A DNA stretch of 36,336 bases from Malacoraja senta (Eukaryota): the NCBI GenBank assembly GCA_038087875.1, contig JAXLNO010000313.1:62001-98336 (forward strand), given 5' to 3'. A model generated the notes under the pieces. It worked only from the letters and a program-made list of their open reading frames with translations, was not told where the DNA came from and ran no database searches. Positions 1-12,078 of this stretch are shown piece by piece (position 1 is the stretch's first letter; each line of letters starts with the position of its first letter). The translations under genes and the position numbers were made by a program.

Positions 1-890
1 GGGTGAGTGGGGGAAGGAGAGTGGGGGACGGGGTGAGGTGAGTGGGGGAACGGTGAGGGCGTGTGTGGGTGAGTGGGGTAGGGGGAGAGTGGTGAGGGTG
101 TGAGGGGTAAGGGGGAGTGGGTGAGCGGGGGAGGGGTGAGTGTGGGAGGGGGTGAGGTGTCAGTGCGGGGTTGATAGGGAAAAATGTCCCCCGACATTAC
201 TCCTCTTCACCCCGGCCGGCCGCTGCGCCCCCATCAGCCCCACCCCCCCCCCCCCCCCCCCCCCGGGGCGGAACGGGGTGAGTGCGGGAGTGGTGATGGG
301 TGAGATGGTGAGGTGGTGAGTGGGGAGGGGATGAGTGGGGGAAGGGTGAGTGGGGGCAGGCGGGAGTGGAGGACGGGGTGAGGGGTGAGGGAGGAGATGA
401 GTGGGGGTGGGGGTGTGGAGGCAGGGGTGAGTGGGGGCGGGGGGAGTGGGGAGGGGGTGAGGGGGCAAGGGGTGAAGGGTGAGGGGTTAATGGGTGAGTG
501 GGGGTGGGGGAATGGGGGACGGGGTGAGGGGTGAGTGGGAGGAAGGGTGAGGGTGTGTGTGGGTGAGTGGGGGCGGTGGTGAGTGGGGGGAGGGGGTGAG
601 TGGGGGGAACGGTGTGTGTGTGTGTGGGTGAGTGGGTCAATGGGGAGGGGGTAGTGGGGGAGGTGGTGTTTGGGAGGAGGGGGTTTGGGAGGGGGTGAGT
701 GGGGTGGTTGTGAGGGGTGAAGGGGGAGGGGAAGGGGTGAAGGGTGAGGGTTAACGGGTGTGGGGAGTGGGGGTGTGGGGGGTGGGGGGACGGGGCGAGT
801 GGGGGGAAGGGTGAGGGTGTGTGTGGGAGTGGGGAGGTGGTGGGTGGGGGAGGGGTGAGTGGGGGAGGGGTGAGTGGGGGGGGGTGGGTG
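1..890. repeat. G-rich low-complexity tract (GGGGTGAGT-like units) with internal duplications
   Basis: Mostly G/T/A on the + strand with recurring GGGTGAGTGGGG. The Pro/His-rich ORFs here are compositional artefacts. Confidence 0.9.
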
Positions 891-899
891 TCAGTTCGG

Positions 900-1340
900 G
901 GTTGAGAGGGAAATGTCCCCCGACATTACTCCTCCTCCACCCCGCCGGCCGCTTCGATCCCATCAGCCCCCCTCCCCCACCACCGCGCGGGACGGTGGTG
1001 TCTGTATGTCGCGGCCCCGGTCCGCCCGGCCCGGCCCGGCCTTCAACATTCCCCGAGCCGCCGCTCCCTCCGCTCCAAGCGCCAACCCCAATGGCGGGAG
1101 GGCGGTCAGTGAGTGTCTCCAGGTGCGAGGCCGGAGACGGGAGCCGCCCCGGCACCCGATCCGCGGCTAACCCCGCCTGGAGGACCGGACCAGACCGGAG
1201 GACGACGGGCGATAGGCTCGCCGCACCCCACCTGGAGAACCGGACCAGGAGCCGCGGTGCCTGCCTCTACCAGTGACGGGGACGGGCGGTGAGGATGGCG
1301 CATGCGCAGCGGTAGAGCTGCTGCCTGACAGCCACAATGA
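900..1340. promoter_or_regulatory. CpG island / candidate promoter with NRF1 and YY1-like motifs
   Basis: CpG-dense. NRF1 palindrome GCGCATGCGC at 1298-1307; ATGGCG (YY1 core) at about 1091 and 1295. Lies upstream of the ZNF pseudogene. Confidence 0.5.
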
Positions 1341-2278
1341 TGGATCCACCCACCGGGAGTTGTTTTTGTTCTTGGTTCTCGGTTTCTTGGTTTCTTGTTC
1401 CTCCAAATATTCCAAATGGAATTTGAACTGGAGGTGGTGGAGGGAGTTAAGGGCAGGAAGGGTTTTTGGGAAGAAAGAGCTGCCTTCAATTTAGTTGCAT
1501 TTTGATGGGTAACTATAGTAGGGGCTGTCTTGTCTTCTCTCTTCTCGCCATCCAATATCCTACATACATATCCACAATATTAGCATTTGTTACAGGGATA
1601 CAGGTTGAATGAATGAATGAAAAAATACAATAATATTTTTTATTATAAATACAAATAATTAGAAACAAGTAATTCGAGATCACAAGAAAGAAACTGAAGA
1701 AATATAATTTATGTGTGTGTGTGATATATGATTGTATATATGTGTTTATAATAAGAAACGAGAAATATATATATGTGTGTGTTATATAATTCTCATAGGT
1801 CCCCCAACACAATATTCCACCTCTCCACCAACTCCAATATTCCACCGTGTCCTTTCCCACCCCCTCCTCCCTTCCAGAGTGCGATCCTGCGGCCGGCAAA
1901 CCGAGGCGTGCAGGCGAGGGGGATGTGAGTGAGTCAGGTCTGGTGGCCTCTGGTCCTCCAACTGTAGCTCGCAGATGGCGGCTGGAGGCCGCTGTGCAGC
2001 GTCACTGGTCCTCTGACCTTTGTGCCGACCTGGCGGCAGGATTTGGGTGACATCAGGGCGCCGGTGGTGCGCGCCTGCGTGTGGGGCACGGCTACGTCAC
2101 GGCGCAGGGCGGGCGGACGTGCGGGCGGCTCGCAGATGCTCAGCAGTCCCAGGCAGTGCGGAGCCACCTCACTCCCGACATCCCCCTCACCCGGGGACAT
2201 GACAAGCCATTGTGGGCGGCCAGGATGGCGATGAGCCCCCCCCACTCCCGCATCTGCTCGGTGTGCGGGCTGAGTTTC

Positions 2279-3205
2279 GATGGAGAACCACATGACAGGG
2301 AACAACAAGGAGAAGCGTTGTTTATAGGCGTACATAATGCCGATTAGCCCCCACTCCCCCATCTGCTCGGTGTGCTTCGATGGAGGACCACATGACATGG
2401 CCCAGCAAGGAGAAGCGTTATTAGTGCGATGTGTGTGGCAAGGCCTGGGTGCACACGGGCGAACGCCCATTCGACTGCTTGTACTAGGGCAGGAACTTCA
2501 TGAGGGCATGTGAGCTGAAGCTCCACCGGTCGGTGCACACGGGCGAGAAGCCATATGGCAGGTCAATTTGCGGCAAGAGCTTTGCCCGGTCATCTGGGCT
2601 ACGGCACTGGCGGGGCACAGTAGTGAGCGGCCCTTTACCTGCTCTGATTGTGGCAAAGGCTTCAAATCGTTCAACCACCTTCTGGTGCACCAGCGACCCA
2701 CAACGGCGAGCGCCCTTACACCTGCGCCCAGTGCGGCAAGGGCTTCATCCAATCGAGCAACATGCAGTCCCACCAGCGCACCCACACCGGCCACCATCCC
2801 TTCCCCAGCCCGGTTTATGGAGAGCGCTTTGCCATGGCCTCCCACGCCCTGTCTCACCAGTGCGTGCACACCAGTGGCCAGCGAGCGAGCGTCTGCTCCC
2901 ACTGCAGCAAGCTTTTCCAGAGAGCATGGGGGCTGTGGGAACACCAGCGGTTACACACCGGAGAGAGAATCTTTGTGTGCGCTGAGTGTGGTAAGGGTTT
3001 CGCCCGCATGTACAGCCTGTAGCAGCACCGACCTACCCAGAGCGTTGAGCATCCCTTCTCCGGCCCATCCTGTGGTAAGTGCTTCACCCGCCTTGACCAT
3101 CTGCTGGAGCAGCGGCGAGCACACCGTCCCTGCGCTACTTCACATGCCCACTCTGTGGCACGGCATTTGCCCGCTCCTCCAACTTGCTGGAGCACCGCCA
3201 CGTGG
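2279..3205 (+). pseudogene. C2H2 (Kruppel-type) zinc-finger gene, multiply disrupted
   Basis: Fingers and linkers are spread across three frames: HRSVHTGEKPY, SSERPFTCSDCGKGF, HNGERPYTCAQCGKGFIQSSNMQSHQRTHTG, HQRLHTGERIFVCAECGKGF. In-frame stops at about 2421, 2485 and 3020 plus several frameshifts. Confidence 0.88.
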
Positions 3206-3223
3206 ATAGGTGCGGTTTAAGTG

Positions 3224-3333
3224 GACACAAAATGCTGGAACGAATGGGTAACGTTTCGGGTCTAGATCCTTCTTGAGACTCGACCCGGAACATCACCCAT
3301 TCCTGTCCTGCTGAGATACTCGAGCACACTGTG
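3224..3333. mobile_element. Short palindromic repeat, Penelope-like-derived fragment
   Basis: Inverted arms GAATGGGTAACGTTTCGGGTC (3242-3262) and GACCCGGAACATCACCCATTC (3282-3302). Shares GACACAAAAyGCTGGA with the copy at 11877. Family assignment is from recall. Confidence 0.5.
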
Positions 3334-3352
3334 AAACGTCATCTATTCTCGG

Positions 3353-3910
3353 AATTGAAGTATAGGAGCAGGGACGTTCTACTGCAGTTGTACAGGGCCT
3401 TGGTGAGACCACACCTGGAGTACAGTGTACAGTTTTGGTCTCCTAATCTGTGGAAATACATTCTTGCCATTGAGGGAGTACAGGGAAGGTTCACCAGACT
3501 GATTGCTGGGATGGCAGGACTTTCATATGAAGAAAGACTGAATAGACTAGGCTTGTACTCGCTAGAATGTAGAAGATTGATGGGGGATGTTATAGAAACT
3601 AACAAAATTCTTAAGGAGTTGGACAGGCTAGATGCAGGAAGTTTGTTCCCGATGTTGGGGAAGTCCAGAACAAGGGGTCACAGTATAAGGATAAAGGGGA
3701 AATCTTTTGGGACTGATATGAGAAAAACATGTTTTACTCAGAGAGTGGTGAATCTCTGGTATTCTCTGCCACAGAATGTAGTCGAGGCCATTTCATTGGC
3801 TATATTTAAGAGGGAGTTAGATGTGGCCCTTGTGGCTAAAGGGATCTGGGGGTATGGAGAGAAGGCAGGCACAGGATACTGAGTTGGATGATCAGCCATG
3901 ATCATATTGT
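3353..3910 (+). mobile_element. CR1 LINE 3' fragment (ORF2 C-terminus and 3' UTR)
   Basis: LLQLYRALVRPHLEYSVQFWSP...GYGEKAGTGY* (stop at 3882), then ATCAGCCATGATCATATTG. Confidence 0.95.
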
Positions 3911-4034
3911 CAGCATGCGGCGTAACAAACACTAACCACCCCCACACTAACTACCCCCTTGATATTATATTAATGTTATTAATTAGATCCTTTTACCCCA
4001 TAACCGCCATAACCACTGACGCAGAGCCCCGTAG

Positions 4035-4825
4035 GGGGAAGGAAGGAGGAGAAGAGGCAAGAAAGGTGGGGGGAAGGGAGGGGGAGAGGAGGGGGAAAGG
4101 GAGGGGGTGGGTGGAGGGAAGGGGGTGGGAAACGGGTGGAGGGGAGGATATGGAGGTGAGGGGGACGGCGGATTAGGGGAGGGTAGCGGGGTAGGGGAGA
4201 TGAAGGGGGAGAGAGAGAGGGGAGAGAGAGAGAGGAGGGGGAGAGAGGGGGAGAGAGTGGGAGTGAGGGGGAGAGAGAGAGAAGAGAGAGATGGGGAGAG
4301 AGAGCGGGGGGGGAGGGAGAGAGGGGGGTTAGGGAGAGGGAGAGGGGAGGGAGAGAGAGAGGGGGAGGGAAAGAGAGAGAGCGGGGAGGGAGAGAGAGAG
4401 TGGGTGATGGAGAGAGAAAGAGACTGGGAGGGAGAGAGAGAGAGGGGAGATAGATATAGGGGGAGAGAGAGGTGGGAGAGAGATGGAGAGGGGGAGAGAG
4501 AGAGGGGGAGAGAGAGGGTGGAGAGAGTGGGGGGAGAGTGAGAGGGGGGAGAGAGAGAGAGAGGGGGCAGATAGTGGGAGCAGAGAGAGAATGGGAGGGA
4601 GGAGGTGATGGGGTAGGGGAGAGAGCGGTAGGAGGGTGAGAGCGGTAGGGGTGAGAGGGGGAAGAGTTGGTGGGTGGGGAAGGAGAGGGGTGTGGGAAGT
4701 CCCATCTATTCCCCACTCCCTATCACCCCCATTCCTCTCCCTATATTCCCACACTCTCCCACCTCTCCTTCCCCCATTCCCCCCTCTCCCTCTCTCCCTC
4801 AATCCCACCACTCCCCCTCTTAACC
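4035..4825. repeat. Polypurine GA/G low-complexity tract followed by a short polypyrimidine tract
   Basis: Seen directly in the sequence. Confidence 0.9.
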
Positions 4826-5224
4826 TCCCCAGGATCTTGCTCTTTCAGAGAGATGAACATAGAACGGGAGGAGCCAGAGAGCAACAGACTTATCTCTTTC
4901 TCCCGATCTGCAGAGCATTTTGAGCCGGGCTGCAAAATGAAGAGAGAGAGAGAGAAGCAGCTTTGTTTGGTCGGCATGTGGGATTGTGACGTCAGCAGCT
5001 CGTGAGTCCCGTTTAAATTATAAAATGAGTGGGGGGGTGGAAGATTTTATTTAAAAATGTGTACATAAATGTCTAAAAGTAATGAGGAGTGCATTTGCGA
5101 ATGTAAAAGCGAAATCGCTATGGAAATGGAAACAAATCGCGCAATTTTGTCGTGTGGTTTTGGCGGACCAAGGAAGCAAAGGCCAAAATATCTCATCTGA
5201 AAAAAAATCTGAAAATGGACGTGA

Positions 5225-5248
5225 CATACACCCACAAACACACACACA

Positions 5249-5335
<87 letters not shown>

Positions 5336-5336
5336 A

Positions 5337-5399
<63 letters not shown>

Positions 5400-5424
5400 A
5401 CACAAATACACACACACACACACA
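5225..5424. repeat. (CA)n microsatellite
   Basis: About 200 bp of nearly pure CA repeats. Confidence 0.98.
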
Positions 5425-5594
5425 TAATTTTAAAAGTATATAGATATGATATGATACGCTACCAATAAGCATTCCTTTGCCATTAATAGATTCATAGACA
5501 AATAATCCCCAGTTTTTTATTGAAATAACTCTTGAATAAGACTATTGGTGGTCAGTAAAGTGATATTTCTACGCATGATGGCAAAATGTTAGAT

Positions 5595-5965
5595 GCCGGC
5601 CAATGGTATGGCATAGGCCTAACAAGGAAAATATAATCCCAATTGTAAAGCATGGCGGTGGTGATGTCATGGTTTGGGATGTATTAGCTCAGGGTGTATA
5701 GGTAAATTGGTTTTCATCAATGATAATAGGGATGGAGCTTTATACAAGCACATTTTGGCTAATAATCATGAAATATCTGCTTCTCAAATGGGGTTAATGG
5801 ATTTTGTTTTCCAAACTTACAATGATCCTAAACACATTTCTGGTGTTGTTAGAAGGTTTATACAATAGAAGAATAAAATGGAAAACACTTGAACAGCCAT
5901 CCTAATCTCTCGATCTCAATCCAACTGAACATGTGTAGAGTTGGATGAAGTGAGAGCTAACCAAA
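5595..5965 (+). pseudogene. Tc1/mariner DDE transposase fragment
   Basis: Tc1 motifs across frameshifts and stops: NIIPIVKHGGGDVMVW-GC, FVFQTYNDPKH (QDNDPKH), PS*SLDLNPTEHV (SPDLNPIEH). Confidence 0.88.
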
Positions 5966-6362
5966 ATGTGGCATTTGAATAAGCTTCAAGAAGTTACAGG
6001 AAGAAATTGAAAAACGTTGTAATTCGATAACTCCAGAAATGCTTGAGTCTTATATTAAACGTTTTTCTAAAGGGGCATTACCAGTTTATAGGCCTTCTGA
6101 TAAGCACTCTAAATATATGTATATATTTTTTGCAACAATAACTTTTATATTTTATATATTATTGAAAAGACATATACGTACAGTATATATCATTTAGTTC
6201 AATATAAATTGCATAAGAATGCTCAAACAATTAACATTTTTAATATTTCAATAATTATTTTATTTTAAAAGGTTTTCAAAGAAATTTGTAAAATTCCATT
6301 TTTTTTGCAACACAGTATACATATACATATTTGTACTCCGCAGATTACCCACGGCTGATAAG

Positions 6363-8424
6363 ATGAAGAAAACATGTCGACAATACTCAAGCGAGTTTTT
6401 GGCATACCTTTTTATACAGTCTCCAAACAATAGAACAACGCCAATGTGGCTTATATGTATGACAGAACTTTCTAATGATAGCATGCGCTCAAGAAAGCTT
6501 AAAATACATCTGGAGAATAAGCACAAGGATAAGAAAGACAAATCATTATGTTACTTTAAAAAGCTTTGTGATGTTTTCCAAGGAAGGAACACCATTAATT
6601 CTATACTTAGCAAAGCAGAGAGTAAATTAGACAAAAGTTTAATTGCATCTTATGAAATTTCAAAGCTAATGGCAAAAACTGTAATACCCCATACTATTGG
6701 TGAAGATTTGATTTTGCCCGCAGTACCTGTGGTGATTTCTAGTGTCATGCCACAGGATCCCAAAAAAATTACGGAAGTCATTCTGTTGAGCAACAATACA
6801 GTATCACGACGCATTGATGAAATGGCAAAGGATGTAGAAAATCAACTAGTTGCACTTTTACAAGTAAACAATTTTGCATTACAAATTGGTGAATCATCTT
6901 TACGTGATAATGAAACCTTATGGCATACGTTAGGTTTTTGGATGATATTAGTGAACTCAGAGAGGAAATGCTTTTTGCCCGCAGCCTTGTGACAGATACT
7001 AAAGGTGATACTACTTTCAAAGAAGTATTGGCTATTTCCAAGAAATAAATATTCCAATGGGTAACATAATGGCTTGTGCAACTGATAGTGCCGCTGCTCT
7101 GGTAGGTAGATACAGGGGCTTCATTGTTTATTTAAAAGGGACTGTGCCTAATGTTTTTGCATACACTGCGAGGTTCATCGTCAACATTCGATTGCAAAAA
7201 ATTGGGAGGACGTCTGAAAGATGCTCTTGATAGTGGAATCAAGGCGAGTCAAGTCAAATCCACTTCAAGACCGTCTTTTCCGACAACTATTTGCTAACAA
7301 TGAAGAGGTTGAACGCCTAATTTTCAAACAGAGGTGAGATGGCCTTCCAAGGGTAATTGCCTGCGTCGCTTCATTGAACTTTGGGAGAGTGTTGTAACAT
7401 TTCTCAATGGGAATCAGCTTGGAGAAGATATTATAGCTGCCAAATTTGACATATTCTACTTTTCAGATATATTTGAGAAGCTAAATATGCTGAACAAATA
7501 GCTACAAACTTAATCTGTTCAGGATTAATATTGGGCTTAAGGAGTTGTTACATTTTCCAACCCTCGCCACTATTGATGAGGATCTGCATGAGGATGATAT
7601 TTTAGTGTACATTGATCACTTGAAAAAATTGCACATTTATATGGAAATTAGGTTCAGAGATCGCCTGGAAATAAACATTCCAGGTTGGGTGGTAGACCCA
7701 TTTGAGACAAATGCAGCTGATGTTGATATCACACTACAAGAAAGCCTCATTGAGTTGCAGTGTAATCAAATTGCTCCAGCTAAATTTAAACATGGGCTCA
7801 ATAACTTATGGACAAGTAGTGAAATTGCCATGAAATTCCCATTACTCTGGCAGGAAGTAAAATTATATTTCATTGCCTTTCCAACGTCTTACCTAGTTGA
7901 GTCAGGTTTTAGCCGAGCGTATCAGCTATTATCAAAAGCTCGCATCCGCTTAGAAATTGTAAGTAGAGGTGAACTTCGTCTGTCTCTAACAACCATGGAC
8001 CCTGACATTCAAAAACTCGCGATACTTCATCAGCCACAAGGATCTCACTGAATAAATACAGTAAAAAGTTTATATGATATATTTGTCTTTATTTTGCTAA
8101 TGGATTCTATTTTTTGAAGTCAAAAAGTAATCATTTTTTAATGGTTATTAATTTTCTAGGTGTCCATGGAAGTTATTTGTTATGCTGCTATATCAGAAAA
8201 ATTATGTATGAATATAAATGTTTGTTTTATTGAACCCACAAAATATTTTTGATGTTTGTGGAATAGAATAAAAGAGAATATATGTGCAATTAATAGACTG
8301 ATATTTTTATGAAAGGTATTATAATATTGAAGTACTTTTTCCGCTAATAATGTCAGGGGGGGGGGCACAGAAAAAATAAAAGATCCGAAGGGGGCCATGA
8401 GCTAAAAAAGGTTGGGAAACACTG
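6363..8424 (+). mobile_element. hAT transposon (Charlie/Buster, ZBED5/SCAND3-like): decayed transposase 6363-8051 and 3' TIR
   Basis: RQYSSEFL, KLKIHLENKH, PHTIGEDLILPA, LSNNTVSRRI, FPTSYLVESGFS and terminal HQPQGSH*. The 3' TIR GGTTGGGAAACACTG ends at 8424 and is followed by ATGTAATC (nnnTAnnn target). The 5' TIR was not seen. Confidence 0.9.
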
Positions 8425-8561
8425 ATGTAATCTGCTGTCTCGCGGGGTATAGACTGCATTAGAAAGTTGGTTTTCAATACCGCCCTAACTTGCTCCGTCT
8501 CCGGTGATGGGTGAGATCCCAGTGCTAAGTCACCTCCCGACTGCGTAGCGCCGACTATCCC

Positions 8562-9460
8562 CATTTGTTTGATGGCCCAGAACTTGCTCCAACTAAGTCT
8601 GAGGTCATCTTTCTAGGCCCCTCGGACTCAATCAAAACGATAGCAGGCAGGCTTGAACGTCTTTCCCCATTACTCAAACCTCACGTCAAAAAAGTTGTCG
8701 TGATGTTTGACTCAGCATTGAAATTTGACAAACAAGTCAATGTCGTAATAAAAGCTAGCTTTTTTTCAGCTTCGGACGATAGCTAAAATAAAACAATTCC
8801 TGCAGTTTGATGTCCTCAAAAGATCATCCACACATTGATCTCCTCCCGCCTAGATTACTGCAACTCCATTTATACTTGCATCAGCCAATCTTCCCTGACC
8901 CGCCTGCAACTGGTCCAAAACGCCGCACCGAGACTCCTGACGGGCACCCGAAAACGGGTCAATATCACCCCGATCCTGCCCTATCTCCACTGGCTCCCTG
9001 TGCGGTTCCGAATACAATTCAAGATCCTCCTTTATGTTTACAAAGCCCTTAACGGGATTGCCCCCACCTACATCAAAAGTCTGCTTACCCACCACACCAC
9101 CTCCAGGTCCCTCAGATAGGCCGAATTGGGGTTACTGAACACCCCGCTGTCTAGGCATTAGCTCAGGGGCGACCGCGCCTTTGCGGTTGCAGCTCCTAGA
9201 CTGTGGAACAGCATCCCTCTTCCCATCAAAACTATCCTCTCCATCGACTCCTTTAAGTCGAGACTTAAAACACATCTTTACTCTCAAGCCTTTCTTGACG
9301 TCCTCTGAGTGAGGGCTATATGTATGTGTTTATGTATGTACTTAATCGATCAACCACTGCTGCATGACGTTAGTACCTCCACCAATGTAAAGCACATTGG
9401 CCAAAGAGAGATGTTTTTTAAATGTGCTATATAAATAAAAGTGACTTGACCTGACTTGAC
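8562..9460 (+). mobile_element. L2-clade LINE 3' fragment
   Basis: ISSRLDYCNS, RLQLVQNAA, ITPILPYLHWLPVRFRIQFKILL, RAFAVAAPRLWNS, FKSRLKTHL, with stop at about 9308. Ends AATAAA followed by a (GACTT)n-like tail at about 9460. Confidence 0.93.
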
Positions 9461-11627
9461 ATGATTTTCCCGTCTCCACCTCCCCCAGAAGCTCCCACCA
9501 ACCTCCCCAATCCCCGGGAAACGACGATACCCCCGACCTCTCCACCATTTCCCGCTCGCCTCTCCCAACTCCAAACCACGGCCCTGTTACCACAGACGAC
9601 CCTATCTGTGCTCACAGCGAACGATGGAACGAGTGTTGTACAGAACATGTGAATCAGTTTCCCCCCGCCGTGGTGATCGCAAAAGAGCATTTGTTTTCAA
9701 CATATTCTTCGGAACCCAGTCCACATTTACTACGCCTCTCCCCACACCCCACCGGCATTCACCCAGTCACTTCCCGTCTCTCGCCCACTTCCCGTCCTCC
9801 ATCGCCCTCATGTCTCTGCCCCACTCTCACCAGTCACCCAACTTCCAATCGTCTCTCCCGCTGTCCCCACATCTCTTCCCAGCACTTTCTACCACGTTTA
9901 GCCCCACCATTCTCCAATTCATCCCCCACCTCTCCCCACTCCCTCGGCTAACACCCTTCCCACACCTCTCTCCCCAACCCCCACCTCCGCCGGACTACTC
10001 GCGTACTTCCTCCGTGCTGTGTGATCAGTTTTGGGGGGCAGTGTGTTAATTGATGCTCTCAGTGTCAGTTAGAAGAAAGGACATCTGGCGACATTGTATG
10101 GATAAGGCACACAGGGTCACAGTCCGCGAACACAGCTGACTCTACAAGTGCTCACAGCGCGGGCGGAGGAGTAAGGGGAGTGCGAGGGGTAGGGGGGGGG
10201 GGTTACCGAGTGAGAGTGAAAATGTAATGCACAGATTAGATAAATGTGTTGTCGCCCAGGGAGTGAGTGTGCCGGATAATTTGTTTTCAAGGTGAATTTC
10301 GAACCCCGCCTGCATTTGTTCGGTCTCTCCCTACTCTCCGCCTCTATAATCAACAACCCACTCCTCCCCCGCATTCCCTGCCCCCTACCCGTCCCCACTT
10401 TCTCCCCGCTCCGCCAGAGCCCTGAGTTTGCAGCGCGGGGGGGGTGTAGGCTGGGAGAGAGAACAGTAATGCACAGATAACCCCCCCTCCCCCTCACTCC
10501 TCTCTCCAGTCTCGTCCGCACTCACTCCTCCTCTCCCCCGTCTCTTCGTCACTCATTCCTCCTCTCCCCAGTCCTTCCCAAACTCCCCTCCTCTCCCTAC
10601 TCCCTGTGGACAGGTGGTGACCCATCCTGGAGCCGGAACAATTACATGCATGGTCCGGAGATTAGCTGTAATGTAAACTCTTGCAATCTCCTATCGGGCG
10701 ACACTGGGTTAACACAAATAATGTAGAGATCATGTGAAACTAGTGTCCCCTAGGGTGACGATTGTAAAGTGTTTGTTTTGAAGCTGATCTCCGGATCCGC
10801 CTGCTATTGTCCCGGCTCCAGGGAGTGGTCGGTCCCTCCCCCGGGGAGTTGAAGCGTATCATGTAGATTGCGTAAGATAGCTTGTTTTGAAGATGATCGA
10901 CGGACCCCGTCCGTCTTTTTTCTGGCTTCCCTCCCCAGCCCCACTCCCTGTTGCTCCCCGTCTCACCTTCTCTCCCCTGATTGTAGCCGTCCCACACCTG
11001 CACCCCCAACAGCCCTGCGAACACTATGTGCTCACAGCGAGTGGAAGGGTGTGGGGGAGAGCGGTGGGGGGGGGAGGCGCTGTGTGATGGTGGGGATGGG
11101 TAATGAGGACGTGGTAACAAATACAGATCATGTGAATGTGTTGTCTCACGGGGTGGTGATTGCAACAGCGAATTCGTTTTCAAGCTGATCTTCGACCGCG
11201 CCCGTATTTGCTCCATCTCTCCCCACCGCCCCCTGACCTTCTCTACCCACTCCCATCGTCATCCGCTCCGCGCCTGCCTGCGCTCCCCCCGCCACTACCC
11301 GCTCAGCTCATCACTCCACATTCCCCAGTCCATCCCCACTTCTCCGTCTCCAACGCACGCCCCATGTCTTCCCTCTCTCCAAGTCTCTCCCAGACTCCCT
11401 CTGTCTTACACCTACATTCCGGTATCCCTCCCCCCTCTTTACGTCTCCTCCACTCCGAACCTCCCATTTTCTACTGCTATCGTCCCCCCTCCCGTCCGTG
11501 TGATCAATCTGGTTGCAAGCGCAGTGTTGGGTACAGTGTTTGTTCAATGAAGCCTTCAGAGCCGGGCAGAAGACACTGGCTGATCAAGCTGATCTTCGAC
11601 CGCGCCAATTGTGGTCACGGCGCGCGG

Positions 11628-11815
<188 letters not shown>

Positions 11816-11876
11816 GTTGGGGGGATTAGTGTGGGAGAGATAACATGTAATGTACAGATAATGTAAACTGCTGATA

Positions 11877-12078
11877 GACACAAAACGCTGGAATAACTCA
11901 GCGCGACAGGCAGCATCTCTGGAGAGAAGGGATGAGCGACGCTTCCGGCCGCGATCCTTCTTCAGACTGGTTTGGGATAAGGGAAACGAGAGATATAGAC
12001 GGCGATTTGGAGAGATGTATGAATGAAAGATAAACAAAAGATTAACGATAATGAAGGGAAAAGGCCATTGTAAGCTGT
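11877..12078. mobile_element. Penelope-like-derived short repeat with a degenerate hammerhead-type core
   Basis: GACACAAAACGCTGGAATAACTCAGC...GCAGCATCTCTGGAGAGAAGG...CCTTCTTCAGAC. The minus strand reads CTGAAGA-stem-GAAGCGTC. Confidence 0.5.

Larger units (their letters stand above)
3911..5444 (-). mobile_element. Probable non-autonomous Helitron-like element containing purine-rich and (CA)n tracts
   Basis: Minus strand begins A|TCTATATACTTTTAAAATTATGTGTG at 5444, a Helitron-like 5' TC end followed by a microsatellite. No 3' hairpin/CTAG end was found, so the left boundary is uncertain. Confidence 0.4.

Noticed and set aside
160..5472. Long Pro/His, Leu/Ser/Pro, Glu/Arg and Cys/Val ORFs
   Set aside because: These are translations of low-complexity and microsatellite DNA. 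The same applies at 11.6-11.8 kb and 35.2-35.5 kb.
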